Source: an uncultured delta proteobacterium
GTDB taxonomy: Bacteria > Desulfobacterota > WTBG01 > CAIYCZ01
DNA length: 64,000 bases
NCBI GenBank assembly: GCA_963803975.1
Contig: CAWDOY010000003.1
Location: 112,446-176,445, forward strand
Direction of reading: 5' to 3'
The position numbers were made by a program, and so were the translations under genes. Numbering within the stretch: the stretch's first letter is position 1; every line of letters begins with the position of its first letter. Below are positions 21,762 through 33,967 of this stretch, piece by piece. Below the pieces are notes generated by a model. That model was not told the DNA's origin. It made no database searches and was given only the letters and a program-made list of their open reading frames with translations.

Positions 21762-22723
21762 ATGTGCATGCAAATGATGGTAAATAAACTCTTTTTAATG
21801 CTTGCGTTATTATTACTATATAATAACGTTTCTGCGCAAGATGAGTTTACCCGGGAGCTGAAGGCCTATCCCTATAACCTCAAGGATACGACGGTTATCG
21901 GATCGACGCTGCGGGCAACCATACGAGCAGAAAGACACGCTTCTTGATGTGGCACGACGCTATGACCTCAGCTACTACAATGAACTGGAGTTTTTATATC
22001 CCCATCTGGATGAATGGCTGCCGCCGCGTGATAAGCCCATGGTGATTCCCACCATGTGGGTACTGCCGCCCACCAGGCATCAGCAGCTGGTAATTAATCT
22101 GCCTGAGCAGCGGCTCTATTATTTCAATAAAACAAGCGCAACGGTTCAGACCTATCCGATTGGCATCGGGGATGAAGGATGGGAAACGCCCGTGGGCACT
22201 TTTCACATTTATGAAAAGCGTCCAAACCCTACCTGGTATATCCCGGCATCTCTGCAGGAGAAATACGGCATGAAAATAATGCCGCCCGGACCTGATAATC
22301 CCATGGGTGATTTTGTTATGAAGTTCTCAGCCGGAGCCTATGGTATTCACGGTACCAATGTCCCCTGGGGAGTTGGCGGTCTGGTTAGCCATGGGTGTAT
22401 CCGCCTCTATCCGGAAGATATTCGCATTTTATACTCTCAGGTAAAGATGGGAACAAAGCTTGAGATCATATATGAACCGGTTAAACTGGGACAGCGCAAG
22501 CGGGCATATTTATATGGAAGCACATCCTGATATTTACCGGCGAATTCCTGATTATTGTCGTTATGCCTGGGATAAATTGAGACAATTTTCACTGGCAGAT
22601 AACGTTGATCTCAAGCGTTTTCAGCTGGCACTTCTCCTGCAAAATGGCATGGTTACCGACATCACCCGTTTACCGGTGACGGATGGATTTGAACGCGAAA
22701 TTATTAATCTCATGATCCAGTAA
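21762..22723 (+). CDS. L,D-transpeptidase (YkuD domain) with signal peptide; two frameshifts
   Basis: Signal peptide ORF 21762..21947; LysM-like TLLDVARRYDL; catalytic SHGCIRL; the C-terminal part continues in ORF 22460..22723. Confidence 0.7.
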
Positions 22724-22815
22724 CTATCTGTAATGAAATTATTATAAGAAATTATTAAATTAAAATAGCAGCCATTTAAAAGGTTTGCATTTTTGATAAA
22801 AATAGTTTATAAAAT

Positions 22816-22851
22816 ATTACTTGATTTTTCCAATAAAGCTGATTATACTTC
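22816..22851 (+). promoter_or_regulatory. sigma70-like promoter (TTGATT-17-TATACT) upstream of the lipoprotein gene
   Basis: ttgatttttccaataaagctgattatact. Confidence 0.35.
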
Positions 22852-22996
22852 TCAAATATAAACTGAGCATATCAAAGGGCACAGCCCAAAAAAATAATCA
22901 AATTAATTAAGGAGGTGAGAGGCGAGAGAAACGATACGAGTCGTTAACATAAAATAAACGGGTACACAGTAAAACAAAAACTTTTAAAAGGAGGAA

Positions 22997-23260
22997 ATGG
23001 TAATGAAAAAGATTTTAGCAGGACTTTTTGTAATGGCTTTTGCAATCAGTTTAACCGCATGCGCTTCGCTGAACGATGTCAGGAAATTAGAGGATGAGGC
23101 CAAGCAGACACTGAGCAAATGCGAGGCTTCAGCAACAAAGGCAGAAGACGCTGCAATGAAAGCTGAAAAATCAGCGGCCAAGGCTGAAGAGATGGCAAAC
23201 AAGGCCGAGGCAATGGCTGACAAGTGCGAGCAGATTTTCAAGAAAAGAATGAAAAAGTAA
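22997..23260 (+). CDS. Lpp-like Ala-rich coiled-coil lipoprotein
   Basis: Lipobox SLTAC; strong RBS aaggagg; Ala/Lys/Glu-rich heptads. Confidence 0.6.
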   Translation: MVMKKILAGLFVMAFAISLTACASLNDVRKLEDEAKQTLSKCEASATKAEDAAMKAEKSAAKAEEMANKAEAMADKCEQIFKKRMKK

Positions 23261-23281
23261 CTTGCTATACGAAGCTCAATA

Positions 23282-23316
23282 AAAAAGGCCAGTTTTTAAA
23301 CTGGCCTTTTTTATTG
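23282..23316. terminator. bidirectional rho-independent terminator
   Basis: aaaaaaggccagtttttaaactggcctttttt: 8-bp stem flanked by an A-tract and a T-tract, between convergent genes. Confidence 0.7.
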
Positions 23317-23332
23317 AATGGGGTTCAATGCG

Positions 23333-24574
23333 TTACGGATTAACGGTCATTATCTTTTTGGCTATAGCCGGATATTTTGCAATAAAAATCAGCTCCTCCT
23401 CAGTCAAAGGCTTTTGCGTGTGGACATTGGCAAAGCGTACCAGATCAAGTATTTCACGGGCTTCTGTCTCATCTTTGAATTCAATTTCTAATTTACCAAA
23501 AACGTGTTGAAATCCTTTAATACCTCCGTACTCACCCGTGGTAATTTTCCTGCCGGTCTCCAGAAATTCAAGCTGTCCTCTTCCCAGATCCTCACAGTCA
23601 TACAGCTCGTAGTTACGCCTGGCTTTCAATGCGCCATCCGCATGTATCCCCGACTCGTGAGCAAAAGCATTATCACCGACCCCTACTTGAAATACCGGTA
23701 TTGGTAAACCAAAAGAGTAGGCTGCATACTTTGCCAGTTTATAGGATTTGGTAAGATCAATTTTTTGCAGGAACTTTGAATAATCATTTTCAAAACCACT
23801 TGATTTTTGAATCGCAAGGATAACCGAAAGCATATCAGCATTGCCGGCACGCTCCCCAACGCCATTAACGGTTGTATTAATATACGCATCCTGACCACCG
23901 TCAAGACAGCCTTTGGCACCTGCCACAGAACAGGCAACAGCCATCCCCAAGTCATTATGACAGTGGAGTTCACAGGGAAGTTTGGTTTTTTCCACAAGGG
24001 TTTTAATGCGCTGGTAAATGGTAAAAGGTTCGTCGTAGCCAAGTGTGTCGCAGTAGCGGATGCGATCTGCGCCGTTTTCTTTGGCCTGCTGGCAAAATTC
24101 AATTAAAAATCCCATATCGGTGCGGGATGCATCTTCCGCATTAACGCCGACGGTCTCGAAGTTTAAATCTTTAGCGCACTTCAAAGCAGCTACCATCATC
24201 TGGATGACATCATCGCGGCTTTTTTTGCCGCCAAATTTTCCCTGGATCATCTGATCTGAGGTGGAAAGAGAAATATTTATATGTTGAAGGCGGGGAACAA
24301 GCTGACGGGCTTCCTTTACATCAGAAACAGTCGCCCTGGTCCATCCTGCAAGGCGCATGGGAGCGAGCACACCCATCTCTGCAAGCTCAATGTTTGCATT
24401 AAGATAATTCAGTTCATGCCGGGTATTAGGAAAACCAATTTCCGACTGAAAAATTCCCATCTCATTGAGCAGCATGTTGAGAAGGGATTTTTCCAGCTTG
24501 GCAAGTCCCAACCGTGAAGTTTGAACACCATCACGGTTGGTGACATCCAGTATATAGATTTTATGCTTGCTCAT
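23333..24574 (-). CDS. homocitrate/2-isopropylmalate/citramalate synthase family (DRE-TIM metallolyase, short form)
   Basis: DVTNRDGVQ, HCHNDLGMAVA and TVNGVGERAGNA motifs; 413 aa with no LeuA regulatory domain. Confidence 0.7.
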   Translation of the reverse strand: MSKHKIYILDVTNRDGVQTSRLGLAKLEKSLLNMLLNEMGIFQSEIGFPNTRHELNYLNANIELAEMGVLAPMRLAGWTRATVSDVKEARQLVPRLQHINISLSTSDQMIQGKFGGKKSRDDVIQMMVAALKCAKDLNFETVGVNAEDASRTDMGFLIEFCQQAKENGADRIRYCDTLGYDEPFTIYQRIKTLVEKTKLPCELHCHNDLGMAVACSVAGAKGCLDGGQDAYINTTVNGVGERAGNADMLSVILAIQKSSGFENDYSKFLQKIDLTKSYKLAKYAAYSFGLPIPVFQVGVGDNAFAHESGIHADGALKARRNYELYDCEDLGRGQLEFLETGRKITTGEYGGIKGFQHVFGKLEIEFKDETEAREILDLVRFANVHTQKPLTEEELIFIAKYPAIAKKIMTVNP

Positions 24575-24588
24575 GATAATCAGCCTCC

Positions 24589-25653
24589 TTATAGACGTTC
24601 AATAATAGTATCTGCCATTTCCATGGTCCCCACATATGCAGCTGGATTCAGATCACGGGTAACATAGCGGCCTTCTTTTACCACAGCTTCAACCGCGTTC
24701 TGCAAACGGTCAGCAGCGTCTGATTCTCCCAGATACCTGAGAAGCATGACGCCGGCCAGGGTCAAGGCACAGGGGTTCATCAGATTTTTTCCTTTATATT
24801 GTGGCGCTGAGCCATGCACTGCTTCAAACATGGCGCAATCTTTTCCGATATTGGCGCTTGGCACCATGCCAAGGCCTCCAACCAGCGCAGCGCACAAATC
24901 AGAAATAATATCTCCATAAAGATTGGGGGCCAGCAGTATATCAAATTTCTGGGGGTTGGAAACCAGCTGAAAACACATGTTATCAACTAAAAAATGATCG
25001 CATGCTATCTGCGGAAACTGTTTTGCGTACGCTTCTATTTCCTGGTGAAACAAGCCGTCAGTAAACTTCATGATATTGTCTTTGGTCACGATGGTGATTT
25101 TGTTGCGCCTGTTTTCCTGTGCATATCTGAAGGCAAATTCTCCAATCCGCCTTGTTGCAGAGCGTGAAATTGGTTTCAGGGTAATACCTGAATCCGGGGC
25201 TATTTCCTTATGCAGGGTGGCTTTTACAAAGTCAATAATCTTAAGGGTGGCAGCATCGCCCTCTTTGAATTCAATGCCGGCATACAGGTCTTCAGTATTT
25301 TCCCGTATGATTACGAGGTCGGCATTTTCAACCGAGCACCTGAAGCCGGTTATGGTTTTACAAGGCCTGATGCAGGCGAAAAGATCAAAATGCTGGCGAA
25401 GCGCAACATTTACGCTTCTATACCCGGTGCCTAAAGGAGTAGTTATGGGACCTTTCAGTGCAATGCGATTTTTTTCTATGGAGTCAAGTACTGACTGAGG
25501 GAGTGGCGTTCCCTGCTGATTAAAAACATCAAGGCCTGCATCTACTGTTTCCCATTGGATCTTTACACCAGTGGCATCAATACATTTCTTAGCTGCAGCT
25601 GTCAGTTCAGGCCCGGTTCCGTCACCGGGAATTAGTGTTACTCTGTGGGCCAT
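24589..25653 (-). CDS. isocitrate/homoisocitrate/isopropylmalate dehydrogenase family
   Basis: TLIPGDGTGPE...LKGPITTP...FDLFACIRPC. Confidence 0.8.
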   Translation of the reverse strand: MAHRVTLIPGDGTGPELTAAAKKCIDATGVKIQWETVDAGLDVFNQQGTPLPQSVLDSIEKNRIALKGPITTPLGTGYRSVNVALRQHFDLFACIRPCKTITGFRCSVENADLVIIRENTEDLYAGIEFKEGDAATLKIIDFVKATLHKEIAPDSGITLKPISRSATRRIGEFAFRYAQENRRNKITIVTKDNIMKFTDGLFHQEIEAYAKQFPQIACDHFLVDNMCFQLVSNPQKFDILLAPNLYGDIISDLCAALVGGLGMVPSANIGKDCAMFEAVHGSAPQYKGKNLMNPCALTLAGVMLLRYLGESDAADRLQNAVEAVVKEGRYVTRDLNPAAYVGTMEMADTIIERL

Positions 25654-25743
25654 CTAGTCACCGTGCTTGGTAATTTAATAAAGAATGCTTAGCATAATTA
25701 AACGGGCAGGGCAAATCATATACCATATATGCAAGGTACATAA

Positions 25744-25776
25744 TAAAAAAGGCTCCCTGGAGGGGGCCAGGGAGCC
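25744..25776 (-). terminator. rho-independent terminator downstream of mmsA
   Basis: Perfect 10-bp stem ggctccctgg/ccagggagcc followed on the minus strand by TTTTTT. Confidence 0.65.
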
Positions 25777-25869
25777 TATAACAGGGGAGACTCGAAATCA
25801 TTTTCAGTATGCAGGGTCCACTATCACATCCGCGCAATCGTTCCTTCCCAGGTGCTGACTTTTCCCTTT

Positions 25870-27408
25870 TTACGTATCCTTGAGCCATCTCGTGGTAACC
25901 GTTTTCGATTCAGTGTAGAATTGTACGCCGTCTCTCCCCATGCAATGAAGATCTCCAAAGAAAGAGTTTTTATGACCGCAGAACGGGAAATATGAAACCG
26001 GTACGGGAATACCCACATTGACACCTACCATGCCGCCGTCGGTTCTCAAGACAAACTCGCGCGCCCAATGGCCGCTTTCAGTGAAAATTGCAGATCCATT
26101 GGCAAACTGGTTGTTGTTCATCAGGGTAATTCCTTCTTCAAAGTCTTTAACGCGCTTGATGAAGGTGACTGGCCCGAACACTTCCTCTTTACCGCAGCTC
26201 ATATCCTCGGTAACAAGATCAAAAATCGTTGGGCCGATAAAATGTCCTTTTTCAAAGCCCGGTACTATCGCATTTCTTCCGTCAAGGATCAGTTGAGCGC
26301 CTTCCTCAATTGCCTTGTTAATCCAGCCGAGAACAAACTGTTTATGTTCTGCGGAAACAACCGGCCCGAGATCAGTTTCAGGGTCATAGGAACAGCCGAT
26401 TTTCCTCAGTTGTGCGTATTTTTTGAGATAGGAAACAAACTCGTCAGCAACACAATCTTCCACAACCATCACCGGCAGAGCCATGCAGCGCATGCCGGCG
26501 CAGCCGAAAGTGGAATTGATGATGCGTTGTGCAGCCACCTCAAGCTCTGCATCACGCATGATCAGCGCGTGATTTTTTGCCTCAGTAAGGCACTGGACGC
26601 GCTTGCCGTTTTTAGCTGCGGTGGAGTAGATATGGGTACCAACCGAGGTTGAGCCGACAAAAGAAATACCGCTGATATCCGGATGCTCAAGCAGGAGGTC
26701 AGCTTCATTTCTGCTGCAGGTAACCAGATTCACAACCCCCGGGGGCAGTCCGGCTTCAATTGCAAGCTCAAGTATTCTCATGGAGGTCATGGGTGTAAGG
26801 CTTGCTGATTTTAAGACAAAAGTATTACCGCAGCTGATGCAAAAGGGAATCATCCATCCCCAGGGAATCATTGCCGGAAAATTAAACGGAACGATGCCGG
26901 CAAATACGCCGATCGGTTCACGATACATCACCGTGTCATGGCCGGTCGATACGTTCAGCAGTGAGTCACCCTGCATGAGATAGGGTGTAGCACAGGCGCA
27001 CTCGACAACCTCGATGGCCTTAATAACATCACCGCGGGCTTCATCAAGGGTTTTGCCAAGCTCTTTAGAAACGCTTAATGAAAGTTCCGCGAGATGGTTA
27101 TCCATGAGAGCTTTAAGTTTGAACATGACAGCAATTCTTTGCTGAATAGGGGTATATCTCCATTTCTGAAAAGCTGTTTTTGCTGCTGCCACTGCTTCCA
27201 GAACTTCTTCCCTGGTACAGCAGGGTGCTTCTGCCATTACCTCACCGGTGCTTGAATCGGTAATAGGCATATATTTGCTGGTTTTTGACTGCTTCCAGCT
27301 ATTGTTAACGCAGTATTTTAATTTAGGTGCAGCGGTTGTTTCACCCTGAAAGACAATAGCTGCGGCTGGTTCTTTTGACATGATGTGGCTCCTTTCATGG
27401 ATAAGCAT
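25870..27408 (-). CDS. mmsA: CoA-acylating methylmalonate-semialdehyde dehydrogenase
   Basis: ALDH fold with FPFCGHKNSFFGDLH...RWLKD C-terminus. Confidence 0.8.
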   Translation of the reverse strand: MLIHERSHIMSKEPAAAIVFQGETTAAPKLKYCVNNSWKQSKTSKYMPITDSSTGEVMAEAPCCTREEVLEAVAAAKTAFQKWRYTPIQQRIAVMFKLKALMDNHLAELSLSVSKELGKTLDEARGDVIKAIEVVECACATPYLMQGDSLLNVSTGHDTVMYREPIGVFAGIVPFNFPAMIPWGWMIPFCISCGNTFVLKSASLTPMTSMRILELAIEAGLPPGVVNLVTCSRNEADLLLEHPDISGISFVGSTSVGTHIYSTAAKNGKRVQCLTEAKNHALIMRDAELEVAAQRIINSTFGCAGMRCMALPVMVVEDCVADEFVSYLKKYAQLRKIGCSYDPETDLGPVVSAEHKQFVLGWINKAIEEGAQLILDGRNAIVPGFEKGHFIGPTIFDLVTEDMSCGKEEVFGPVTFIKRVKDFEEGITLMNNNQFANGSAIFTESGHWAREFVLRTDGGMVGVNVGIPVPVSYFPFCGHKNSFFGDLHCMGRDGVQFYTESKTVTTRWLKDT

Positions 27409-27678
27409 TCTTATCTTCTGCTATTATCAATTTACATGCCAAAAGGTAATTAATTGCAACCATATGAAATTACATGCTAATTATAAGATTCATATCAAAA
27501 TATTTATCTATATTGAGTCAAAGGTCATGTGTATATCCTATGTGGGATAATAATAAGTATTGAAATTCTAATTGCATTGAATTTTAATGATTTTCTATTT
27601 GTTCTCTAAACGGGGCAATGCAAATGTGGAACACGTGCGGAAAGCGAGGTTTGAATGGCTGTTAAAGATATATTATAA

Positions 27679-29229
27679 TTATTCCCATTCAATGGTGCTG
27701 GGTGGTTTTGAGGAGATATCATAAACAATGCGGTTAATTCCCCTTATCTCATTAATTATGCGATTAGATATGGTCCCAAGCAGGTCGTAGGGCAGTTTAG
27801 CCCAGTCAGCGGTCATGGCATCAATGCTCTGTACCACCCGCACGGCAACCACCTTTTCATAGGTGCGCTCATCGCCCATGACGCCAACAGTCTGGATGGG
27901 AAGAAGCACGGCAAAAGCCTGCCATACCTGACGATACCATCCTGATTTTTTCATCTCATCAAGTATGATTTCATCAGCTTCACGAACGAGCCTCAGGTTC
28001 TCATCGGTAATCTCACCAATGATGCGGATCGCGAGGCCAGGGCCGGGGAAGGGATGGCGATAAATAGCATCATCCGGCAAGCCGAGTTCCTTCCCCAGTT
28101 CACGCACTTCATCTTTAAAAAGTTCACGAAATGGCTCAATCAGCTTGAGGTTCATCTTTTCCGGCAAGCCGCCGACATTGTGATGGCTTTTGATGGTAGC
28201 TGATGGGCCTTTAAATGAAATGCTTTCTATAACATCAGGATAGAGAGTGCCCTGTGCCAGAAAATCGACTTTGCCAAGTTTGCGCGCCTCTTCTTCAAAG
28301 ACATAAATAAATTCATGGCCTATAATTTTTCTTTTTCTCTCAGGGTCAACAACACCTTTAAGGTTTTGCAGAAAGCGCTGCGAAGCATCAATGGTTAACA
28401 GGTTCACATTGAAAGACTTTGTGAGTAATTCTGAAACTTTTACAAACTCATTTTTTCGCAGCAGCCCGTTATCAATGAAGATGCAGGTGAGCTGATGACC
28501 TATTGCTTTCTCCAGCAGCACTGCAGCAACAGTAGAATCTACCCCGCCACTGCACCCGCATATGACTTTGTTCTCTCCAACAGCCCTGCGTATCTCCTTA
28601 ATGGACTGTTGAATAAAAGATTTCATGGTCCAGACTGGTGAGCACTTGCAAATTTTGAATATGAAGTTATTGAGTATTTCTTTTCCCTGGGGGGTATGCA
28701 CAACTTCCGGGTGAAACTGTACACCAAAGATGTTGTGTTCTTTATCCCGCATTGCGGCAAAGGGCGAGTTTTCACTGTGGCCGATTATCTCAAATCCCTG
28801 CGGCAGTCGTTTGATCCGGTCGCCGTGACTCATCCACACTTGAATTGTATCGTTTACAGAAAAACCCGCAAAGAGATCGTTGGCAGCATCAATAATAAGC
28901 TCTGCTTTACCATATTCGCGCTTCTGCGATGGCGCAACCTCACCTGCAAGAAGAAAGGTTGTAATCTGCATGCCATAACAAATACCAAGAATCGGAATGC
29001 CAAGCTGAAAAAGGTCTTTTTCAATACAGGGTGATTTTTCATCATAAACGCTGGAGGGGCTGCCAGACAGGATGATTCCCTTGGGCTGCAGCTCACGTAT
29101 CCTGTCTAAGCTGATATTGTAGGGATAAATCTCAGAATAGACCTTGCTCTCACGGACCCGCCGGGCAATGAGCTGGGTATACTGAGAGCCGAAATCAAGT
29201 ATGATTATTTTTTCCTGTTCTATTTTCAT
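27679..29229 (-). CDS. guaA: GMP synthase (glutamine-hydrolysing)
   Basis: GATase start [17 protein letters not shown]; SGGVDS PP-loop; 516 aa. Confidence 0.95.
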   Translation of the reverse strand: MKIEQEKIIILDFGSQYTQLIARRVRESKVYSEIYPYNISLDRIRELQPKGIILSGSPSSVYDEKSPCIEKDLFQLGIPILGICYGMQITTFLLAGEVAPSQKREYGKAELIIDAANDLFAGFSVNDTIQVWMSHGDRIKRLPQGFEIIGHSENSPFAAMRDKEHNIFGVQFHPEVVHTPQGKEILNNFIFKICKCSPVWTMKSFIQQSIKEIRRAVGENKVICGCSGGVDSTVAAVLLEKAIGHQLTCIFIDNGLLRKNEFVKVSELLTKSFNVNLLTIDASQRFLQNLKGVVDPERKRKIIGHEFIYVFEEEARKLGKVDFLAQGTLYPDVIESISFKGPSATIKSHHNVGGLPEKMNLKLIEPFRELFKDEVRELGKELGLPDDAIYRHPFPGPGLAIRIIGEITDENLRLVREADEIILDEMKKSGWYRQVWQAFAVLLPIQTVGVMGDERTYEKVVAVRVVQSIDAMTADWAKLPYDLLGTISNRIINEIRGINRIVYDISSKPPSTIEWE

Positions 29230-29238
29230 GGCAGTAAT

Positions 29239-29275
29239 GAAAATCAGCCCCTCCCCAAAAGATGAGGAGGGGTGA
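29239..29275 (-). terminator. possible hairpin/attenuator between guaB and guaA
   Basis: cccctcctc...gaggagggg stem with a short U-run on the minus strand. Confidence 0.3.
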
Positions 29276-29365
29276 TTTTTTTATGGTTATCCTTAGGGGG
29301 GATTAACCATTATTTTGCCGCTGCCGCGCATCCTCTGTAATGAGAAGCACGATCAGGGCAAAAGG

Positions 29366-30829
29366 TTATTCAACCTGATAATTGGGCGCTTCTTTGGTGA
29401 TTATAACGTTGTGAACATGGCTCTCTTTGAGCCCTGAACTGGTAATCTTTATAAACCGGGCTTTCTCACGCAGTTCATGTATGCTGGCGCAGCCAACGTA
29501 CCCCATGCCGGAGCGCAAGCCGCCGACCAACTGATAAATATTAGAGGAAAGGCTGCCGCGATACGGCACCCGGCCCTCTATTCCTTCAGGGACAAGCTTT
29601 GACTGGTTTTCAACATCGCACTGAAAATAACGGTCACTTGAGCCTTCCTTCATGGCTTCAATCGAACCCATGCCGCGGTATACTTTGTAGGTGCGGCCCT
29701 GGTACAGGACCGTTTCCCCCGGGCTTTCATCCGTTCCGGCAAACAGGCTGCCAATCATGACAGAATGCGCTCCAGCCGCAATAGCCTTGGGTACATCACC
29801 GGAATATTTAATGCCGCCATCGGCAATAAGCGGTATGCCATGTTTGTCAGAAATCTTTCTGCACTCCATTATTGCGGTAATCTGCGGCACGCCAACACCT
29901 GCTATTATCCGGGTAGTACAAATGGAGCCGGGTCCCATCCCGACTTTTATAGCGTCACAGCCGGCCTGCATGAGATCCTCTGCAGCCTCTGCGGTGGCGA
30001 TGTTGCCGCCGATAAGCTCACAGTCTTTAAAATTCTTTTTTGTATCACGAATTGCTTCAAGCACTGTTTTGGTGTGCCCATGAGCAGTGTCGATGGCGAG
30101 CACATCAGCGCCGGCTTTTAGAACTGCTTCGGTGCGTGCCTCACGGTCAGGTCCCACGCCGATGGCAGCACCCACGCGCAGCCTGCCGAAGGAGTCCTTG
30201 CATGCCTGCGGATACTGGACAGTTTTTTCAATGTCTTTTACCGTGATGAGACCCTTGAGATTATTATTCTCATCAACTACCAGCAATTTCTCGATGCGGT
30301 TTTTATGTAATAGTTTTTTTGCTTCTTCAAGACTGATACCCGTCGGTGCGGTGACCAGATTTTCTTTGGTCATGACCGAGGAAATCGGCTTTTCAAGTTT
30401 GGTTTCAAAGCGCAGGTCCCGGTTGGTAAGGATACCGACAAGCTTTCCTTTCTTTACGACCGGAAGGCCTGATATCCGGTACTGCTTCATGATCTCCAGT
30501 GCGGTATAAATTTTCTGGTCGGGATCAAGGGTAATAGGATCTACGATCATACCGCTTTCAGATTTTTTTACCTTTTCAACTTCAAGGGCCTGTGTTTCAA
30601 TGGAAAGGTTTTTATGAATAATACCGATCCCGCCTTCCCGTGCCATGGTAATAGCAGTCTGCGCCCTTGTTACGGTATCCATGGCAGCACTGAGCAGGGG
30701 AATATTCAGTTTGATATTTCTGGTCAGCAGTGTTGATACATCTACATCCCGGGGCAGGACCGAGGACTTCGCAGGTACGAGCAGCACATCATCAAATGTC
30801 AGGCTCGTTTGTATATGATCGTTGCTCAT
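29366..30829 (-). CDS. guaB: IMP dehydrogenase
   Basis: [13 protein letters not shown] pair, GSICTT. Confidence 0.95.
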   Translation of the reverse strand: MSNDHIQTSLTFDDVLLVPAKSSVLPRDVDVSTLLTRNIKLNIPLLSAAMDTVTRAQTAITMAREGGIGIIHKNLSIETQALEVEKVKKSESGMIVDPITLDPDQKIYTALEIMKQYRISGLPVVKKGKLVGILTNRDLRFETKLEKPISSVMTKENLVTAPTGISLEEAKKLLHKNRIEKLLVVDENNNLKGLITVKDIEKTVQYPQACKDSFGRLRVGAAIGVGPDREARTEAVLKAGADVLAIDTAHGHTKTVLEAIRDTKKNFKDCELIGGNIATAEAAEDLMQAGCDAIKVGMGPGSICTTRIIAGVGVPQITAIMECRKISDKHGIPLIADGGIKYSGDVPKAIAAGAHSVMIGSLFAGTDESPGETVLYQGRTYKVYRGMGSIEAMKEGSSDRYFQCDVENQSKLVPEGIEGRVPYRGSLSSNIYQLVGGLRSGMGYVGCASIHELREKARFIKITSSGLKESHVHNVIITKEAPNYQVE

Positions 30830-30947
30830 TGAAAGTACCTTGTTTAGTAATAAAAAGTCCCCCTTGGGTTGGGGGGAGAAGATGTTAGAAGAGGGAAAAA
30901 GAGTGTTATTTGTGAGTGAGTATAATTATACTAAACCCTGGTTCATG

Positions 30948-31893
30948 TCAAGTATTTACCCCGGCTTTTTCGAGAAGTATTCCCTCCAGAAGCCCGGCAT
31001 CGCTTACCGACAGTTCCTGAACATGCAGCAGCTCCATAATGGTCAATACAATAGCAGTCCCGGCAATAATAACTATTTCCCGACCCGGCTCGAGCCCCGG
31101 CAAATCAACCCTTTCTTTAGAATTAAGGGTAATAATCATATTATAAAGATAATTCAGATAATTATAAGACAAAATATGTTTATTAACCTTATCTATATTG
31201 TACTCAACGAGCTTCAGATCCATTGCTGCAAGGGTGGTAACAGTGCCGGCTGTTCCGATAATGCGGACGTTTTGACTAGTTACTTTTAATTAAATTATTA
31301 ATGATATTACTATTAGTTAAAATTATTGATCTGATGGTATGGTTTAAAATATTGAGGTCATCTTTCAGGGGCGGGTCGTGCTGTAAATACTGTTCAGAAA
31401 GAGTGACAACACCAAGGGGAATACTTTCCACACACTCTATTGACTGGTTGCTGGTAAGAATAAGCTCTGTGCTTCCTCCGCCAATATCGAGGATAAGCGA
31501 CAGATTAGGGTTATCGTTAAAAACAGACTGAACACCTTTCAGGGAAAGGTTCGCTTCTTCCTCTCCGGTTACCAATCTCACCAAAAGATTGGTCTCTGTT
31601 AAAACATTATTTAGAAATGCCCTGCCATTTACAGCTTCCCTGACACATGCAGTTGCAACAGCATAGATATGTTCTGCTCCTTTTTGCCGGGCGCTCATGA
31701 CAAACTTTTTTATGCATGATAACGCCCGGTTCATAGGCTCATTTTGCAGCTGTTTGCTCTCGTTCATCCCCTGACCGAGCCTGACTATCGAGCGATCCCG
31801 GTAGATGGGAACAATCCCGCCATTATTGCTTACATCTGCAACAAGAAGACGAATGGTTTGCGTGCCGATATCAATTGAAGCGTAGCGGGGCAT
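30948..31893 (-). CDS. Ppx/GppA-family phosphatase, frameshifted between the two ORFs
   Basis: IDIGTQTIRLLVA and DIGGGSTE in ORF 31276..31893; C-terminal VIIAGTAIVL...VSDAGLLEGILL in ORF 30948..31223. Confidence 0.6.
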
Positions 31894-31949
31894 AAAAACT
31901 TTGTTCTACTGGTTGATTAGTGTATTAGTTATATTGGTTCCTTAATTGA

Positions 31950-33216
31950 TCAATAGCACCAATCAAAACCAATGAAACCAACATAACCAATACAATTATT
32001 TGATTTTGTTAACAGTTTGTTTAATTCATCCTTTGCCTTAAAGCCAAAATCTTTTATCTTTTCAGGGGTGCTGAGGGCATTGCCTGCAAGTGAGCCGACT
32101 TTCTTTGCAATACTTCCGGCGATCTGCTGAATGATTTTTTCACGTAACTTGAACTTTAATTTATCAAAATTACCCTTCACCTGAAAATCAAAATCTATGC
32201 TGCCGTTAGTTGTTTCCAGTACTTTCATTAGCCCTGCTGCCGGCAGACCCAGGAAGGTTTTGCCCAGAAGGGTTTTATCCCTGCCGGTTAACGTGAGATT
32301 TTTAACCTCAACATGATGGCTGCTGTCCAGATAATCATCTTTAATACTGATCTTTGACGTAACCCAGGCATTGCCATCCTCTATTTTCACGGCAGTGTCA
32401 GGGTAATAATAGTAATAATCAGAGAGGTCTATATTGTCGATTTTGCTTTGCGCCGTAAGGGTAAGCTGTTTTTTAAACAGCAGCCCTTCTCCAGTGCATT
32501 TCAAGGGGGCCTTATGCTGTGAAGAGGTGAGCGAAGCGGTGATGGTAAAAGTAGTTTTAACATCTTTTGTGTTAGGGACTATAACATCTTCTATTTCGAT
32601 ATTCAGTTCAGTTAAAACAATCGTTGGGTCCTGACTGCGGGTTTTGTAATTATAAATCGTAAGGGTACCATCTTTGACAACAAGATTATTGATGTGAAGA
32701 GTAAAGGGTTCGGGAGAATTTTCAGAGGCAACCGGAAAGGAAGATTCTTTTGCCGGCAGAACAGAAGAAGTATTTGTTGCTCTCTCCGCGTTCAAGGCTA
32801 TCAGTCTTTGAAGAAAATATGTAGTCAGTATTAATCTTTTCATCACGGGTCATTATTACCGTAAACTCCGGTTTGATAATGGTGATGTTTTTAAAAGGCA
32901 GGCTATTCCTGAAAAGAGGTAATATTTCAAAATTGCTTTGTAATGATGCTGCCTTTAGCAGGTTCCCCTTTCCAAAGCCCTCCGGCTGCAGCAGCTCAAC
33001 ATCCTTTAATTCAACCATCCAGCGAAAGAGTGAAATATTGACAGAACCGATTTTAAGCCTGTTCTGAAAGATGGGATAAACCCTTTGCTCAACAATTCTC
33101 TGGGCTATGGGATTTATATAAAATGGAACTATCGCAAGAATTACTATTATAATAGCAACAAGTATGAATAGAATTTTTAAGCCCTTATTTTCATAAAACA
33201 TTCCCCTAATCCCCAT
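31950..33216 (-). CDS. membrane-anchored hypothetical protein (AsmA-like/DUF748-like), one frameshift
   Basis: N-terminal TM helix; beta-rich repeats; ORFs overlap 32722-32846. Confidence 0.3.
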
Positions 33217-33579
33217 CTTAATTCAACAATTTTCTATTGCCTTTTGCCTGTTGCCTATTGCCTCACGCTTCTTGCCTTTTACTAATCCCGAACCCCTAAC
33301 TCCCATTCCCTATTTTATAGCAAATTGATAAAATTAAGCAATTATAGTTCATTGACTCTTATCAGGCCATTTGATAAGTTGATACATGTCGTTTGTCGTC
33401 ATTGCTGGCAAAATGTTTTATTATGTGTGACATAAATAGGCTGTAGAGACTATGAAGCACAGTCAAAAGATACCAAGAAGCCATTTGGCCTATTTAAGAA
33501 TCGACGAGCGTAACCCCTTCGATATACTTCTCTCTTTTCCCTGGTTGGCTAACAACCATGCTGGATTGGGAGCGTGTAA

Positions 33580-33876
33580 ATGAATAAAACCCCCCCTGCA
33601 GGACCTGAATCCGCTGAGATCCTCCTCTACCAGACCGAGGACGGACAGACGCGGCTGGAAGTGCGCTTACAAGACGAAACCGTTTGGCTCACACAGAAGC
33701 GAATGGCAGAGCTATTCCAGAAGGATGTCCGAACAATCAACGAACACATTAAGAACATCTTCACGGAGGGCGAGCTCAAGTCGGAATCAGTTATCCGGAA
33801 TTTCCGGATAACTGCGGATCAGAACACAACAGTATCAGAAGGAATTCTCGATGGCAAAAAGAACCGCCTCTCTTGA
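33580..33876 (+). pseudogene. RhuM-family protein, N-terminal fragment
   Basis: ILLYQTEDGQTRLEVRLQDETVWLTQKRMAELFQ matches the RhuM N-terminus; truncated at 98 aa. Confidence 0.6.
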
Positions 33877-33967
33877 TCTGACAGATTGACATCTTTTGGA
33901 CTTATAAAAAAAGAAGGCAGCACTGGCAAAGGCGTCATCTATCGATTGGCCAAAGGGGCATTCGCTA

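Noticed and set aside
30822-31289. 155-aa plus-strand ORF overlapping the guaB start and the Ppx/GppA gene
   Set aside because: It is antisense to well-supported minus-strand genes, has a low-complexity translation and no RBS.
33217-33579. tRNA gene or att site at the left edge of the defence island
   Set aside because: No cloverleaf-compatible sequence (no GTTC-type T-arm or acceptor-stem pairing) was found by eye. Only a TTGCCT-rich low-complexity tract is present.
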